NCBI GenBank assembly: GCA_018396395.1
Contig: JAGTQN010000002.1
Coordinates: 1-50,050 of the forward strand
Direction of reading: 5' to 3'
DNA: 50,050 nt
Origin: Candidatus Bathyarchaeota archaeon
GTDB taxonomy: Archaea > Thermoproteota > CALKCG01 > B24 > JAGTQN01
Shown: positions 48,933 to 50,050 of the stretch, in pieces
Layout of the letters: each line of letters begins with the position of its first letter
Numbering within the stretch: position 1 is the first letter of the stretch
Position numbers and translations under genes: made by a program
The notes under the pieces: model-generated
Seen by the model: the letters and a program-made list of their open reading frames with translations, nothing else
Told to the model about the DNA's origin: nothing
Database searches by the model: none

Positions 48933-49853
48933 ATGAAGCCTAAGAAGGTTCTTCTGGATACGGACATTGGAAGCGATGTCGACGATCTTCTAGCCCTCAT
49001 TTTAGCCGTCAAGTCCCCTGAACTGGATATCGAAGGGGTGACAACCGTTGGCCTTGATGCTGATCGTAGGGCTAGGTTAGCCCAAAGGATCTTAAGGACC
49101 CTAAACCGGGAGGACATACCGGTCATGGTTGGACTTTCAAGACCCATCGTCAGGGATCCTCAGAAGGTTTGGGGACCATATGATGGGCACGGAATTGATA
49201 TATCAAACGAGCTTCTAAAACAACCTCTTTCACCCTTAAAGGCCATCGATTTCCTCGTATCGAAGGTCTTAGAATTCCGGGAGGAGATCACTCTCATCAC
49301 CTTAGGGCCCCTCACAAACATCGCTATTGCTCTCCTAGTAGAACCGTGCCTCACGAAGGTCATTAGAGAATGTTTCATCATGGGAGGCGTTATTCAAAAG
49401 ACGCTCGGAAGAAGCGCACTTCGAGAGTATAACGTTTCCAGCGATCCCGAAGCCGCTAACATAGTCTTCAGCTCCCGTATGCCCATGACGATAGTAGGGC
49501 TGGATGTTACTTTACAGGTTCCCTTGAACCGTGAGCGTCTAATGAAGATAGGTATGGCTAGAAGCCCAGGAGCAAAGCTGGCCTTTCAGGCAGCCATGAA
49601 TTACCAAGAAAGGGTTGTGATGCATCCTTGGAATTACCTCCACGATCCTCTAACGGTCGGAGTTGCGATTGAAAGGAGTTTCGTAAAGACTAGGAAAATG
49701 CACATTCGCATAGAGACTAAAGGCAGCCTCACAGATGGTTGGGTTGTTAGCGATAATGGTTCTCCTGAGGATTCTGAGGCGCCAGAAGTGGCCATAGAAG
49801 TAAATTCCGAAGGCTTCCTAGACTTTTTTGTTGAGAGGGTTTCGAGTCCTTGA
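48933..49853 (+). CDS. inosine/uridine-preferring nucleoside hydrolase family protein
   Basis: N-terminal aspartate cluster LLDTDIGSDVDDLLAL. 306 aa. Confidence 0.88.
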   Translation: MKPKKVLLDTDIGSDVDDLLALILAVKSPELDIEGVTTVGLDADRRARLAQRILRTLNREDIPVMVGLSRPIVRDPQKVWGPYDGHGIDISNELLKQPLSPLKAIDFLVSKVLEFREEITLITLGPLTNIAIALLVEPCLTKVIRECFIMGGVIQKTLGRSALREYNVSSDPEAANIVFSSRMPMTIVGLDVTLQVPLNRERLMKIGMARSPGAKLAFQAAMNYQERVVMHPWNYLHDPLTVGVAIERSFVKTRKMHIRIETKGSLTDGWVVSDNGSPEDSEAPEVAIEVNSEGFLDFFVERVSSP

Positions 49854-50050
49854 AATTCCTTAGAGCCCTCATGGCAGAAAGGCCCGAGATAGAATAAGGA
49901 TAATAGAGATAATGGGAATTACCGATCGGAGGTAATTCAAAGGGCAATGATGAGTTGAATAAGAAGCGATTCGAGAAAAAGAAATGAAATGAAATGAAGG
50001 AAGGAAGGAAAGAAATAAGAAAAAAGATAGAGGCAAGCTTGTATGGTGAA

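Overview
This is a densely coding archaeal chromosomal segment. Archaeal markers are the A-type ATP synthase, RpoP, tRNA-splicing endonuclease, archaeal-type GlyRS and LeuRS, PAC2 and THEP1. GC looks mid-range by eye, codons are rich in AGG/AGA/ATA, and many genes appear to start with TTG or GTG. The lineage cannot be assigned from sequence alone. Layout: (1) 1-13.7 kb holds the distal half of a group-4 membrane-bound [NiFe]-hydrogenase operon in complex-I gene order (large subunit, then NuoH-, NuoI-, NuoJ-, NuoK- and NuoN-like). It is followed by a HycI-type endopeptidase, a complete hyp set (hypE-hypF, hypD-hypC, hypB-hypA) and a NuoL-like subunit. (2) 14-21 kb holds the A1AO ATP synthase genes atpF-A-B-D, a convergent atpE-atpH pair, then atpC. 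The membrane genes atpI and atpK are absent from the window. (3) 21.1-22.6 kb holds a NuoM-like subunit. (4) 22.6-23.9 kb is a 1.36-kb ORF-free, repeat-saturated tract containing a 22-bp inverted repeat pair 796 nt apart. (5) 23.9-50 kb is mostly housekeeping: dUTPase/dCTP-deaminase family protein, family-4 UDG, DapA-family aldolase, hisF, hisH, THEP1 NTPase, PAC2, CBS, endA, DUF47, glyS, YkgJ-like protein, rpoP, ThiF/MoeB-like E1, URO-D-family protein, DUF123, EamA transporter, tRNA-Asp(GTC), PK_C-like protein, Lhr helicase, a three-gene SPFH/Zn-ribbon module, leuS and a nucleoside hydrolase. No cas genes, integrases, transposases, reverse transcriptases or recognisable defence genes were seen. 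The points most worth follow-up are the complex-I-ordered hydrogenase, the 1.36-kb repeat tract with its inverted repeat, a CRISPR-like pair of 30-bp direct repeats upstream of the nucleoside hydrolase, and the uncharacterised SPFH module. All product calls come from motif and family recognition by eye. No database search was run.
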